DNA of 64,000 nt, taken from the NCBI GenBank assembly GCA_963813155.1, contig CAWEYG010000004.1:64001-128000 (forward strand), read 5' to 3'. Both the position numbers and the translations under genes were made by a program. The notes below the pieces were generated by a model. It worked only from the letters and a program-made list of their open reading frames with translations, was not told the DNA's origin and searched no databases. This DNA comes from an uncultured Acidobacteriota bacterium. Lineage in GTDB: Bacteria; Acidobacteriota; Thermoanaerobaculia; UBA5066; DATFVB01. Within the stretch, counting starts at the first letter, position 1, and each line of letters opens with the position of its first letter. Below are positions 1 through 11,199 of this stretch, one piece after another.

Positions 1-733
1 CGGGTCCTCATCTCCGAGCAGGGCGACGCGACGAAGGTGGATTACATTCTCTTTCTTCGCCCGACCGATGGATCGTCCGGCATCGAGGTCGGCCTCGGTC
101 TCGGCTCGACGATCTCGCCCGATGGCAGGTACGTCGTATCGGTGCGCCGCGCGGGCGACGAGTACCTGATGGTTTATCCAACCGGCATCGGTCAGCCGAA
201 GGAGATCGCGTTTCCCGGCCTCAAGCCGATCTGGGCCTGCTGGTTTCCCGACGGCCGCCGCCTCCTCGTGAGCGCGGATTCGACCGAAGCGTCCGGCCGG
301 CTTCTACGAGAAAGACCTTCAAAGCGGAGCCCTCCGTCCGGTAGCGTCGCCGCCGCTCAATCCCTTCCATTTCCGCGTCTCTCCGAATGGCGAGACCGTG
401 GCGGGCATGTCGCCGGACGAAAAGATCACGCTCGTGTCGCTTCGGACGGGCGTATCGCGAACTTTTCCCGACGACCTGCTGGCCGGCGACGTGCTCGCCT
501 GGAGCGCCGACGGCCGCTCGCTGTATTTCTCGGACCGAATGCCGATGCCCGCGAGCGTCTATCGCCTCGACATCGCTACGGGCCGGCGGGAGCTCGTCCG
601 GGAAGTCGTGCCGCAGGATCGCGCCGGCGTTCAGGCGATCGCGCCCGTGTTCACGACGCCCGACGGCGGGACGATCGCATTTTCGTTTCGGCGAATTCTC
701 GACGACCTGTTTCTCGTCGACGGATTAAAGTAG
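1..733 (+). CDS. 3' part of a beta-propeller (TolB/PD40-like) protein, probably the C-terminus of a Ser/Thr kinase-propeller fusion; frameshifted, 5'-truncated by window
   Basis: Repeated SPDG/FPDG/SADG/TPDG blade motifs across ORFs 37..786 and 398..733; ends ...DLFLVDGLK*. Confidence 0.65.
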
Positions 734-1816
734 TTACATCCGGACGAGGCCGGCGCCCCAGTGAAGCCCCGCGCCGAGCGCGGTGAAGCAAACGAGGTCG
801 CCGGCCTTCACTTTGCCAGCCTCCTTCGCCTCGTGGAAGACGAGCGGGAGCGTCGCGGCCGTCGTGTTGCCGTACTTCTGGATGTTGTTGAAGACTTTCT
901 CGTCCGGAAGGCCAAGCGCCTTCTGAACCGCTTCGTTGATGCGGAGGTTCGCCTGGTGCATCAGGAGGAGCGAGATGTCTTCCACGGCGAGCCCGTGCTT
1001 CGCGGCGATCTCGCGAACGATCGCGGGCATCGCGGTCGTCGCGAGCTTGAAGACCTGCCGGCCTTCGACGATCGGGATTTCCCGGTGGGCGTCGAGGGCG
1101 TCCTTCGTCACGTAGGGAAAGGAGGCCGAGCCGAGCGAGGGAACGTAGAGCTTGTCCCAGTGGTGGCCGTCCGTCCGCATCTCGAATCCGAGGAAGCCCC
1201 GGCCGTCGCCGGAGTCGTTCGCTTCGAGCAGAAACGCGCCGGCGGCGTCGCCGAAGATCACGGCGCGGTCGCGGATGGAAGTGCCGAACGCGTAGGTTTC
1301 GGGGGAAGGCGCCTCCTCCGTCTCCCCGAACAGGATCCGCCATTCGGTATCGCTCCAGGGATAGAAGGCGGCGTGGCATTCGGCGCCGACCAGGAGAACC
1401 CGGCGATACGTTCCCGAACGGATGAACGCGTCGCTGACCTGCAACCCGGAGAGAAATCCGGCGCATTGCATGCGGATGTCGAGAGCGGGCGTGCCCGAGA
1501 GTCCGAGTCTCGCGGCGACGATTCCTCCGTTTCCCGGAAAATAGTGGGCCGGCGTCATCGTCGCGAAGACGATCAGGTCGACGTCGGACGCCGCCAGCCC
1601 GGCGGATTCGAGCGCCCGCTTCGCCGCCTCGTAGCCCAGGTCCGCGGAGGAGGTCCCCTTCCGGGCGTAGTGGCGCTCGCGGATTCCCGTCCGCTGCTGG
1701 ATCCACTCGTCGTTCGTGTCCATCAGGCGGGAGAGGCGCTCGTTGGTGACCACGCCGTCGGGCACGAAGAGCCCCGAGCCCCGGATCACGGATTGGACGG
1801 ACGGGGAAGGAATCAT
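734..1816 (-). CDS. fabH: beta-ketoacyl-ACP synthase III
   Basis: DTNDEWIQQRTGIRER N-terminus, catalytic Cys (MQCAGF), HQAN and GNT motifs, GAGLHWG C-terminus. Confidence 0.92.
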   Translation of the reverse strand: MIPSPSVQSVIRGSGLFVPDGVVTNERLSRLMDTNDEWIQQRTGIRERHYARKGTSSADLGYEAAKRALESAGLAASDVDLIVFATMTPAHYFPGNGGIVAARLGLSGTPALDIRMQCAGFLSGLQVSDAFIRSGTYRRVLLVGAECHAAFYPWSDTEWRILFGETEEAPSPETYAFGTSIRDRAVIFGDAAGAFLLEANDSGDGRGFLGFEMRTDGHHWDKLYVPSLGSASFPYVTKDALDAHREIPIVEGRQVFKLATTAMPAIVREIAAKHGLAVEDISLLLMHQANLRINEAVQKALGLPDEKVFNNIQKYGNTTAATLPLVFHEAKEAGKVKAGDLVCFTALGAGLHWGAGLVRM

Positions 1817-1820
1817 CGGC

Positions 1821-2324
1821 TCAGGCGTCGAGTGCCATTCGGATCTCCGGGCTCCGGCGCAGTGTCTGGTAGACGACGCAGTAGCGTTCGGTGAGCTCGA
1901 TCAACCTGCGCTGCTCTTCGGGGGACGCGTCGGAGTCCAGCTCGATGAAGAGGCGGATCTCGCGGAAGCCGACGGGCGCGTCCTTCGAGACCGCGAGGGT
2001 TCCCCGAAAGTCGAGATCGCCCTCGGCTCGGAGCTTCCCGCCGCGAACCGAAAGACCGAGCGAGGTCGCGACGGCCGAAAGCGTCACGCCGGCGCACGCG
2101 ACGAGCGCCTGCAGGAGCATGTCTCCGGAGCAGGCCTGGAGGCCCGTTCCTCCCGTCGCGGGATGCAGGCCGGCTTCGACGAGCGCGCGGCCCGTCGCGA
2201 CACTGCACGAAACGTTTTCTCCGAGAGTGCCCTCGGCTCGCAGCGTCACGAGGGCGCCATCGGGCTCCTCCCTGTAACGCGCTTTGAGCGGCGCCTGCAG
2301 TCCTTGAAGCTCTTCGCGGTTCAT
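1821..2324 (-). CDS. OsmC/Ohr family protein
   Basis: ALVACAGVT and TERYCVVYQTL cysteine motifs. Confidence 0.88.
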   Translation of the reverse strand: MNREELQGLQAPLKARYREEPDGALVTLRAEGTLGENVSCSVATGRALVEAGLHPATGGTGLQACSGDMLLQALVACAGVTLSAVATSLGLSVRGGKLRAEGDLDFRGTLAVSKDAPVGFREIRLFIELDSDASPEEQRRLIELTERYCVVYQTLRRSPEIRMALDA

Positions 2325-2359
2325 GCGAAAGAAGAATTTAGCACGGCTAGAATAAGGAT

Positions 2360-5300
2360 ATGAGTTTGACGACCGGCGCTCGCCTGGGTCCCTACGAAAT
2401 CGTCGCTCCTCTCGGCGCCGGAGGCATGGGAGAAGTGTACCGGGCGAGGGACGTGCGCCTCGGCCGCGAAGTGGCGGTCAAGGTATTGCCCGAAGAGTTC
2501 GGGCGGGATCCCGAGCGCCGGCAGCGATTCGAGCGGGAAGCTCGCGCCGCTTCCGCCCTGTCCAGCCCTCATATCGTGACGGTCTTCGACGTCGGCCAGG
2601 AGGCCGAGGTCTGTTTCCTCGTGACCGAGCTCGTCGAGGGCGGTGACCTGCGCTCCCTCATCGGCAGTTCCGGTCTCACGGTCGAAAGAGATCGTCGCTC
2701 TCGCGCACCAGATCGCCGTCGGCCTTTCCGAAGCGCACGAGAAGGGAATCGTCCATCGCGACCTGAAACCGGAGAACGTTCTCGTCTCGAAATCGGGGGC
2801 GGCGAAGATCGCCGATTTCGGTCTTGCGAAAGTGTCGGCGAACGACGGAGACGACCTGTCTCAAATGTTGACGACCGACCGGGAGATGACCAGCCAGGGG
2901 GTCATCCTGGGGACGCTGCCCTACATGTCCCCCGAACAGGCGCGCGGAGAGAGAGTCGACTTCCGGTCGGACCAGTTCGCGCTCGGCGCGATCATCTACG
3001 AGCTCTTGACGGGGTCTCGCCGTTCAAGCGCCCGACGGCGGTGCTGACTCTCTCCGCGGTGATGGACCACGATCCACCGGCGCTGGGGGAGCATCGCAGC
3101 GGGCTGCCGGCTCGGTTCGAGAGAATCGTCCGTCGCTGCCTGGCAAAGGACAGGGAAGCGCGGTACCACTCGACGAAGGACCTCGCGCGGGACCTTCTCG
3201 ACGCGTCCCGGCCCACGGTCGCGCCGTCGAAATCCGCGGCCTTGCCGCCCAGCCCGACTTTCGGGCGGACCCGCGAGCTCGAGGGGCTTCGGGCCCTTCT
3301 CGAACGAAGGGACGTTCGCCTGCTGACGCTGACGGGCCCGGCCGGGATCGGAAAGACACGCCTCGCTCGCCAGGTCGCCTACGAGCTCGCGTCCGATTTC
3401 CCGGGCGGTGTGGAGTTCGTGTCTCTCGCGACTCTCAGCAATCCTTCGCTGCTGATTTCGGCCATCGCGAAATCGCTCGGGGTCGGCGAGCAGCCGGGCC
3501 GGCCGCTCGACGAGTCCCTTCGGGAGCATCTGGCCGGCCGGGCCGGGGGCGCGACGCTCCTCGTTCTGGACAACTTCGAGCATCTCGTCTCGGAGGCCGG
3601 AGCGCTTCCGCCCATTCTCGACGCGGCGCCCGGGGTCAAGATTCTCGCGACGAGCCGCTCGGTGCTTCGCCTCTACGGCGAGCAGGAATTCCCGGTTCCG
3701 CCGCTCGAAACTCCGCGAGCGGGTGGCCGCGCCACGCCGGAGGCTCTCGAGACCATCGCTTCGGTCGAGCTCTTTCTCCAGAGGGCGCGCGCCGTGGCGC
3801 CGGATTTCTCGCTGACCGCCGAGAATGCGTCCGAAATCGCCGAGATCTGCCGGCGCCTGGAAGGAGTGCCCCTCGCGTTGGAGCTCGCCGCCGCGCGGGT
3901 CAAATTGTTCGCTCCCCGGACCCTGCTGGGACGCCTGGAGAAACGGCTCGATCTTCTGACGGGCGGTCCGCGGGACTCGCCCGGCCGCCTTCAGACGCTG
4001 CGGGCGGCGATCGATTGGAGCCACGATCTGCTCGACGATTCGGAGAGGACGCTCTTTCGCCGGATCGCGGTCTTCCGGGGCGGTTTCACGCTGGAGGGCG
4101 TCGAGGCGGTGTGCAACGCGCGCGAGGACCTGAGCCTCGACGTTCTGGAAGGAGTTGCTTCGCTCCGGGACAAGAGTCTCCTTCTCCGAATCGAGGGTGA
4201 GGAGGAGGAGCCGCGTTTCGCCCAGCTGGAGACGATTCGCGAGTACGGGTCGGAGCAGTTGACGAAGAGCGCGGAGCAGGAGTCGGTCTGCCGCTGTCAT
4301 GCGGCGTATTTCCTGGTTCTCGCCGAGGAGGCCGACGCGAAGCTGACGGGCCCCGAGGGCCCGGCGTGGTACACGCGCCTGAAGCAGGAGGAGGCCAACC
4401 TGCGGGCAGCCGTGGATTGGTTGACGCTCGGGAACGAGCCGGTCTGGGGCCTGCGTCTCGGCGCGGCCCTGCTTCGGTACTGGGAGAGGCAGGAGTATTT
4501 CTCCGAGGGACGCGCGCAGCTCGAGGGCCTGCTCGCCGTGGCGGGCGCGCAGGTCCGGACGCGGGAGCGCGCGAGAGCCCTGCTCGCGGCGGGCATCCTG
4601 TCCTTCGCCCAGGGCAACCTTGCCGCGGGAACCGCCCGCGCTCAGGAGAGTCTCGAGATCTTTCGCGAAGTCGGCGATCGCCGAGGATGGGTCGCGGCCT
4701 TGAACGATCTGGCGGTCGGCGCGTTTTCCCGGGGCGAGTACGCGACGGCGGCTCCTCTGTTCGAGGAAGCGATCCCGATTCTGGAAGAGATCGGCGACCG
4801 CCTCGCCGCGGAGCGCACGCGGATGAACCTTGCGGACACACTGCGGGCTTCGGGAGACGAGGAACGCGCCCGCGCGCTATTCGAGCGGTGTGTTCAGGCA
4901 TTCACCGATCTCGCGGACTTCGACGGCCTGGCGTGGACGATGAGTCATCTCGCCAGGATGGAGAGCGACCGCGGGGGCCGCGTCGAGGCAAGACAACTGC
5001 TGACCCACAGCCTTTCCCTTTTCGAGAAGACGGGGGATTTCGTCGGGGTCGCCAATTGCCGGAGCGACTTGAGCAGGATTGCGGGAGGGGAGGGCGATTT
5101 TCCGGCCGCCCGCGAGCACCTTCGCAGCGGTATTCTCGTGGCGAGACGCGAGGGACTGCGGAGAAGCCTTGCGCGCCTCGCCGACGACGCCTGCGCGATG
5201 GCCGTCGCCGAGGGGCGATCCGAGGCAGCGCGTCCGCCTGGCCGCATCGGTCGAATCGTTTCGGAGGAGCAGCGGCTTTCCCGCGCCCGCAGGTGGAACG

Positions 5301-5445
5301 GACCGATTTCGACGGGACTCTTTCGAGGGCGAGGGCGGCCCTGAGTGAATCGCGCGCGGAAAGCGCTTGGCGCGACGGCGCGTCGATGTCGATCGACGAC
5401 GCGCTCGAGGAAACCCTGGCTATTCCGCCGTCGTCGGATCGATGA
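2360..5445 (+). CDS. Ser/Thr protein kinase + NB-ARC/STAND ATPase + TPR protein; frameshifts near 2680, 3020 and 5240
   Basis: [35 protein letters not shown]; Walker A GPAGIGKT, Walker [22 protein letters not shown]; TPR-like helical repeats. Confidence 0.88.
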
Positions 5446-5694
5446 GGTTGCGAACGAGCGAGATTCGGCTTGCCGGAAAGCCGGATCTCGCGCGGCGTGC
5501 TGCTTGATGAGGTCTTCGTCGGGCGCGAGATAGACGCAGTAGAGCCTGTCGTCGGTCACGAAACTCTGCAGCCACTGGATGTTGGGTCCCAGCTCTTTCA
5601 GGGTCGCGAGCGATTTCTGGGCCGCGGCCTGCAACTCCGAGGGGGACATCTTTCCGGCTCCGGGGATTTCCCGTTCGATGACGAATTTCGGCAT
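5420..5694 (-). CDS. DUF4242-type small protein (one frameshift near 5485)
   Basis: MPKFVIEREIPGAG...QWLQSFVTDDRLYCVYLAPDEDLIKQHA joined to ...[21 protein letters not shown]; GGAGG RBS upstream. Confidence 0.8.
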
Positions 5695-5743
5695 CCTGAC
5701 CTCCGGCTTTCCGCCCAATTGTAGCAGGCTGGGCGGAACCTCC

Positions 5744-5772
5744 TTGACAGGGGACGGGGGCTCGACTAGAGT
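5744..5772 (+). promoter_or_regulatory. sigma70 promoter of the aro-trp operon
   Basis: TTGACA (5744-5749), 17-bp spacer, TAGAGT (5767-5772). Confidence 0.8.
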
Positions 5773-5781
5773 TCCGGCTCG

Positions 5782-5835
5782 ATGAAGATCGGCTTTTCGC
5801 CCAGCTGGTATTGGTATAACGAGGCAACTCGGTAG
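5782..5835 (+). CDS. attenuator leader peptide MKIGFSPSWYWYNEATR
   Basis: 17-codon ORF directly after the promoter with TGG TAT TGG TAT control codons (5806-5817), upstream of aromatic biosynthesis genes. Confidence 0.8.
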   Translation: MKIGFSPSWYWYNEATR

Positions 5836-5895
5836 GGCGAAGCTCGCCCTGCCGGAGAAATTCGGGCGGGGCGATCGAGAGAGCGGATTGAATCG

Positions 5896-5928
5896 AAACC
5901 CCCGGCCGAACCGGGGGTTTTGAATTTT
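5896..5928 (+). terminator. intrinsic terminator (attenuator) before the aro-trp operon
   Basis: AAACCCCCGG-CCGAA-CCGGGGGTTT followed by TGAATTTT. Confidence 0.8.
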
Positions 5929-7443
5929 GGAACGGCCGCTTCCCCATCCCGCGTTCATCGCGTCGATCGCGCCGGCGGATTTCGACGACGCGAAACGGCT
6001 CGTGTCGCTCGTTCCCGAGGGGGCGAACGCGATCGAGTACCGTCTGGATCTCGCGGCGGGGCGCATCTCCTCGAGGGCGCTCCTGGAGCTCGACCCGCGG
6101 TGCGCGATCGTGACCTACCGCACCGAGCGGGAAGGGGGAAAGTTCGGCGGGACCCTCGACGAGTACCGGCGATCCGTTCAATCGGCCTACGAAGCCGGGG
6201 CCGCCGTCGACGTCGAGCTGGAGAGCGCGACACTGGAAGATCGCGCCTTTCTTCCGGACCGGCGGCGCGTCATCGGCTCGCGGCACGCCGCGGGCGAGGG
6301 CGGCTGGCCGGACGCGGAGGTGTCCCGCTACCTGTCGGCGGACGTCGGCGCGGTCAAGCTCGTGCGCACGAACGTGAGCTCGATTTCCGACGGGTCGGCC
6401 TGCCTCGCCGCCCTGAGACGCCATTCCGGATCGCGGCCGTTCTCCTGCTTCGCGACCGGAACGCGCGGCACGTTCACCCGGATCGTCGGCGCCCGGTTCG
6501 GGTCGGCGCTGACGTACGGGAGCGTCGGAGCGCCGACGGCGGACGGGCAGGTTTCCGTCGCCGACCTCCGGGACGTCTATGGCGTCGGCCGGCCGGATCC
6601 GCCGACGAGAATCTTCGGCATCTACGGCGCCGACGTGTCGCGGTCGCTCTCGCCCGTCATCCACAACGCCCTCTTCGCCCGGCGCGGCCTTCCTTCGCTC
6701 TACCTTCCCCTGTCCGCGTCGGACGGAGCTCCGGGCGGGGACGTCCTGCGGCGCGATCTCGAAGCTCTCGCGTCGGCGGATCTCCTTCCCGCCGGGTTGT
6801 CCGTCACGAACCCGTTCAAGTCGGCGTTCGAGTCGATCGTGGAGGCGATCGACGAGGACGACGCGGTCGCGCGCACGGGCGCCGCGAACACGCTCGTCCG
6901 GATCGACGTCCCGGAGGACGGGCCGCGATATCTCGCGCGGAACACCGATGCGGAAGCGGTCCTCGAGGTCCTCTCCGGCCTGCGGCTCGCGGGACGCACG
7001 GTCGTCGTCCTCGGCAACGGCGGAGCGGCGCGCGCCGCGGCCTACGCTGCCGGCCTGGCCGGGTGCGCGGTCTTCCTGGCCGGGCGCGACCTTCGGAAGG
7101 TCAAGCCGGTCGCCGACCGGTTCGGCGCGAACGCGATCGCCGTGGGCGATCTCTCGGGCCTGGAGGCGGACGTGCTCGTCAACGCGACTCCGCTCGGGAC
7201 GGATCGAGGACGACCCGATCCCTTTCCCGCGCTCGTTGCTCGGCCCGGAAGCCGGCCGTCATCGATTTCGTGTACCGGCTCTCGGGAGAGACACCGCTCG
7301 TCCGCGAGGCCCGGGAGCGCGGCTGCGACACGGCGGACGGCCGCGAGCTCCTCGCGCGCCAGGCCGTCGGGCAGGCGAAGCTCTTCGGCGCGGAGGGAGT
7401 TTCGTACGAGGAGATCGACGCGATCCTCCGGGAGCACCGGTGA
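5927..7443 (+). CDS. aroDE: bifunctional type I 3-dehydroquinate dehydratase / shikimate dehydrogenase (frameshift near 7200-7250)
   Basis: N-half IEYRLD, TYRTEREGG, AVDVEL, AVKLV; C-half SLSPVIHN, SVTNPFK, GAANT, NTD, GNGGAARA, VNATPLG; tail DGRELLARQA in the other frame. Confidence 0.85.
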
Positions 7444-8847
7444 CGCGCGTCGTCACGCGGACGCTGCTCGCGGACACGACGACGCCCGTCGCCGTCATGC
7501 GAAAGCTGCTCGCCTCGGGCGGGGAGTCCTTTCTGCTCGAGAGCGTCGAGGGAGGCCGAAACGTCGCCCGCTACTCGTTTCTCGGCACGGCGCCGAAGGC
7601 GCGCATCGTGTTCCGGGACCGGGAGATCTCCGTCGAGGGAGACGGGGCGGAGCAGCCGGCGTTCGACGGCCGCGATCCCCTCGGGGTCGTCAGCCGGCGC
7701 GTGGTGCGGCCGGGCTTTCGCCGGGAGGAAGGGCAGCCGCCGTTTTCGGGTGGCGCCGTCGGTTACCTCTCGTACGACGCGGTCCGGATGTTCGAGCGGA
7801 TTCCCTCCCGGCACCCGCGCGTCTCCCGCATGCCGGACGCCCTGTTCCTCGTGTTCGATTCGACGATCGCGTTCGACCACGCGAAGGGGATCATGGTCCT
7901 CCAGTCGCTGGCCGAGGACTCGGAGGCCGACGCGGCCGCGGAATCGCGGCTCGACGTTCTCGAGAGGATCGTCGGGGCGCCCGCTCCGCCGGAAGACGGG
8001 CCGGCCGCGGCTCCTCCGGACTTCACGGAACGAACCTCGCGGGAGGGGTTCCTCGCGTCCGTCGACCTCGCGAAGGAACGGATTTCCGCGGGCGACATCT
8101 ACCAGATCCAGATCTCCCGGAGGTGGTCCGGCCGGCTCGAGAGCGATCCGTTCGAGGTCTATCGCGCCCTCCGGAGGGTGAACCCTTCGCCTTACCAGTT
8201 CTTCCTGCGCACTCGCGAAGCCGATATTCTCGGAGCGTCGCCGGAGATGCTCGTCCGGATCCGGGCCGGACGGATCGAGACCCGTCCGATCGCCGGAACG
8301 TATCCCCGCGGAGCCACTCCGGCGGAAGACCGGGAGCTCGAGGAGCGGTTTCTCTCCGACCCGAAGGAGAAAGCGGAGCACATCATGCTCGTCGACCTCG
8401 CGCGAAACGATCTCGGCCGGGTGTGCGAGAGCGGCAGCGTCTCGGTGCCGGAGTTCTTCCAGGTCGAGAAATACTCGCACGTGCAGCACCTCGTCTCCTC
8501 CGTCGTCGGGCCGCCTCAAGCCGGGCGTCACGGCTCTCGAGGCTCTCGCCGCGTCGTTTCCCGCGGGAACTCTGACCGGCGCGCCGAAGATCCGCGCGAT
8601 GGAGCTGATCGACGAGCTCGAGACGAGCCGACGCGGGATCTACGGAGGCGCGATCGGATACCTGGACGCGTCGGGCGATCTCGACTCGGCGATCGCGATC
8701 CGCACGATGGCCGTCGAGGACGGGGAAGCCCGAATCCAGGCGGCCGCCGGGATCGTCGCCGACTCGGTGCCGGAGCGTGAGGCGCGGGAGACGGAGATCA
8801 AGTCCGGCGCGTTGTTCCGCGCGGCGCGGGAGGCGTGCGGCCGATGA
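7440..8847 (+). CDS. trpE: anthranilate synthase component I (frameshift near 8515)
   Basis: FLLESVEGG..ARYSF, GDIYQ, NPSPY, GASPE, RPIAGT, KEKAEHIMLVDLARND, GAPKIRAMELI, RGIYGG, IAIRT. Confidence 0.93.
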
Positions 8848-9419
8848 TCCTGATGGTCGACAACTACGACTCGTTCACGTTCAACCTCGTGCAGGCGATC
8901 GCGGTGCTCGATCCCGACGTTCGAGTCGTCCGGAACGACGAGTTCGACGTCGCCGAGGAAATCTCCCGGAAGCCGGCGAGGATCGTGATTTCGCCGGGGC
9001 CGGGCAGGCCCGAGGACGCGGGCAGGACGATCGAGACGATCCGGGCCGCGGAGCGGGAGCGGATTCCGCTGCTCGGGGTCTGCCTCGGGCACCAGGCCAT
9101 CGCGGTCGCGCACGGCGCGACGGTTTCGCGCGCTCCGGTGCCCGTGCACGGAAAGACTTCGCGGATCTCGCACGCCGGGATCGGCATCTTCGCCGGTCTC
9201 TCGAACCCGTTCGAGGCCACGCGTTACCATTCCCTCGCGGTCGCGGAGCGGACGCTTCCGGAGGAGCTCGTGACGACCGCGCGTTCCGAGGACGGGCTCG
9301 TGATGGGAATTCGCCATGCGTCGCTGCCGGTCTTCGGCGTCCAGTTCCACCCCGAGTCGATTCTTTCGATCGAGGGACCGAAGCTGATCGCGAACTTCCT
9401 GCGCGGGAGCTTCGAGTGA
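8844..9419 (+). CDS. trpG: anthranilate synthase component II (glutamine amidotransferase)
   Basis: DNYDSFTFNL, SPGPG, GVCLGHQ, RYHSL, QFHPES. Confidence 0.93.
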   Translation: MILMVDNYDSFTFNLVQAIAVLDPDVRVVRNDEFDVAEEISRKPARIVISPGPGRPEDAGRTIETIRAAERERIPLLGVCLGHQAIAVAHGATVSRAPVPVHGKTSRISHAGIGIFAGLSNPFEATRYHSLAVAERTLPEELVTTARSEDGLVMGIRHASLPVFGVQFHPESILSIEGPKLIANFLRGSFE

Positions 9420-10426
9420 GCCTCCCGGACGCGCTCCGTCTGCTCGCGGAACGCCGGCCGATGAGCGGGGAGACGGCAAAGGGGGCGTTCCTCGACCTGA
9501 TGGAGGGCCGGGCGACGGACGCGCAGAAGGGCGCGCTCCTGCTGGGGCTCGCGGCGCGGGGCGAAACGCCGGAGGAGGTCGCGGGAGCGGTTTCCGCGTT
9601 GCGGGAAAAGATGACGGCGGTGGTTTCGCGCCGGTCGCCGCTCGTGGACACGTGCGGAACCGGCGGCGACGGCGCGGCGACGTTCAACGTCTCCACGGCG
9701 GCGGCGCTCGTCTGCGCCGGGGCCGGAGCGGCCGTCGCGAAGCACGGCAACCGCGCGGTGTCGTCGCGCTGCGGATCGGCGGACGTTCTCGAGGCGCTCG
9801 GCGTTCCTCTGGAAACGACGGCCGAGGAGGTCGCGAGGGACCTCGAGTCCCGGGGATTCGCGTTCCTCTTCGCGCCCGCGTTCCATCCCGCGATGAAGGA
9901 AGCCGCCGCCGTCCGCCGACAGCTGGGCGTGCGCACGATATTCAACCTGATCGGTCCTCTCGCGAACCCGGCGCGACCGTCGCGGCAGCTGATCGGCGTC
10001 GGACGATTCGAGGTCGCGGACCTGCTGGCCCGGGCGATGGCGCTCCTCGAAAGCGAGCGGACGATCATCTTCCATTCCGAAAACGGCCTCGACGAGCTGA
10101 CCCCGGGAGTTCCCGCGATCGGTTTCGAGATCCGCGGGCCGCGCGTCGACCCCTGGAAATTCGATCCCGGCGTGCTGGCGCAGCGCGCCGTCGCCCGCGA
10201 GGAGCTGGCGGGAGGCGACGCCCGCGAGAACGCCGCCGCGCTCGTTCGCCTCCTCGGGGGCGAGCGGGGCCCCTTGCGGGAAACCGTTCTCCTGAACTCC
10301 GCCGCGGGACTCTGGGTCGCGGGGACGGCGGCGACGCTGCACGACGGGTATGACCTCGCGTGCGATTCGATCGACGGCGGCCGCGCGGGCGCGGTTCTCG
10401 AGGCGGCGCAGCGGAGCGCGGCATGA
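9416..10426 (+). CDS. trpD: anthranilate phosphoribosyltransferase
   Basis: DTCGTGGDG, NVST, KHGNRAVSSRCGSADVLEALG, RTIFNLIGPLANP. Confidence 0.94.
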   Translation: MSLPDALRLLAERRPMSGETAKGAFLDLMEGRATDAQKGALLLGLAARGETPEEVAGAVSALREKMTAVVSRRSPLVDTCGTGGDGAATFNVSTAAALVCAGAGAAVAKHGNRAVSSRCGSADVLEALGVPLETTAEEVARDLESRGFAFLFAPAFHPAMKEAAAVRRQLGVRTIFNLIGPLANPARPSRQLIGVGRFEVADLLARAMALLESERTIIFHSENGLDELTPGVPAIGFEIRGPRVDPWKFDPGVLAQRAVAREELAGGDARENAAALVRLLGGERGPLRETVLLNSAAGLWVAGTAATLHDGYDLACDSIDGGRAGAVLEAAQRSAA

Positions 10427-11199
10427 GCGCCGGGGTGCTCGACGCGATCGTCTCCGCGACGCGACGCCGCGTTCGGGAGGGCGGGTATTCTCCCGCGGCG
10501 AAGGCCGGACCCTCGCCGCGCGGGGATCTGTTCCTCGCGTCTCTGCGGGAGCCGGGGACCCGGATCATCGCCGAAATCAAGGCGAAGTCCCCGTCGGCCG
10601 GGGAGATCGTGCGGGACTGCGGCCGAAAAGTCGAAACCCTCGCGCTCGCGTACCGGCGAGGCCACGCGGCCGCGATCTCGGTCGTCACGGAACGGGAGTA
10701 TTTCGGCGGGGATCCGGACTGGATCGCGAGGGCGAAAAAGATCTCCGGCCTGCCCGTGTTGATGAAGGACTTTGTGGTCGAGGAGGCCCAGCTGGACTTC
10801 GCGGCTTCGCACGGAGCCGACGCCGTGCTCCTGATCGCCTCGATTCTCGACGAGTCGGAACTGAGACGGCTGCGGGAGGCGGCGGAAGCCCGGGGATTGG
10901 CGGCCCTCGTGGAGACGCATTCGGAAATCGAAATTGAGAGAGCGATCGCCGCCGGGGCGACGATCGTCGGGGTCAACGCGCGCAATCTTCAGTCCTTCGC
11001 CGTCGGGCTCGAAGACCTCGTTTCCCTCGCCCCGCGAATCCCTTCTCCGAGGGTTCGGGTTGCCGAGAGCGGAATCCGGACCCGCGGGGACGTCGAGACG
11101 CTCGCCGCCGCCGGATACGGCGCGTTTCTCGTCGGCGAGACGCTGCTGCGCTCGCACGAGCCCGAAGTCGTCCTCCGAGGCCTGCGGGGCGAGCCGTGA
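10423..11199 (+). CDS. trpC: indole-3-glycerol phosphate synthase
   Basis: [47 protein letters not shown]. Confidence 0.93.
   Translation: MSAGVLDAIVSATRRRVREGGYSPAAKAGPSPRGDLFLASLREPGTRIIAEIKAKSPSAGEIVRDCGRKVETLALAYRRGHAAAISVVTEREYFGGDPDWIARAKKISGLPVLMKDFVVEEAQLDFAASHGADAVLLIASILDESELRRLREAAEARGLAALVETHSEIEIERAIAAGATIVGVNARNLQSFAVGLEDLVSLAPRIPSPRVRVAESGIRTRGDVETLAAAGYGAFLVGETLLRSHEPEVVLRGLRGEP

Noticed and set aside
5927-8847. aroDE-trpE read-through fusion or programmed frameshifting
   Set aside because: Frame breaks lack consistent slippery sites and match the window-wide indel noise; GTGA overlaps mark normal gene boundaries.
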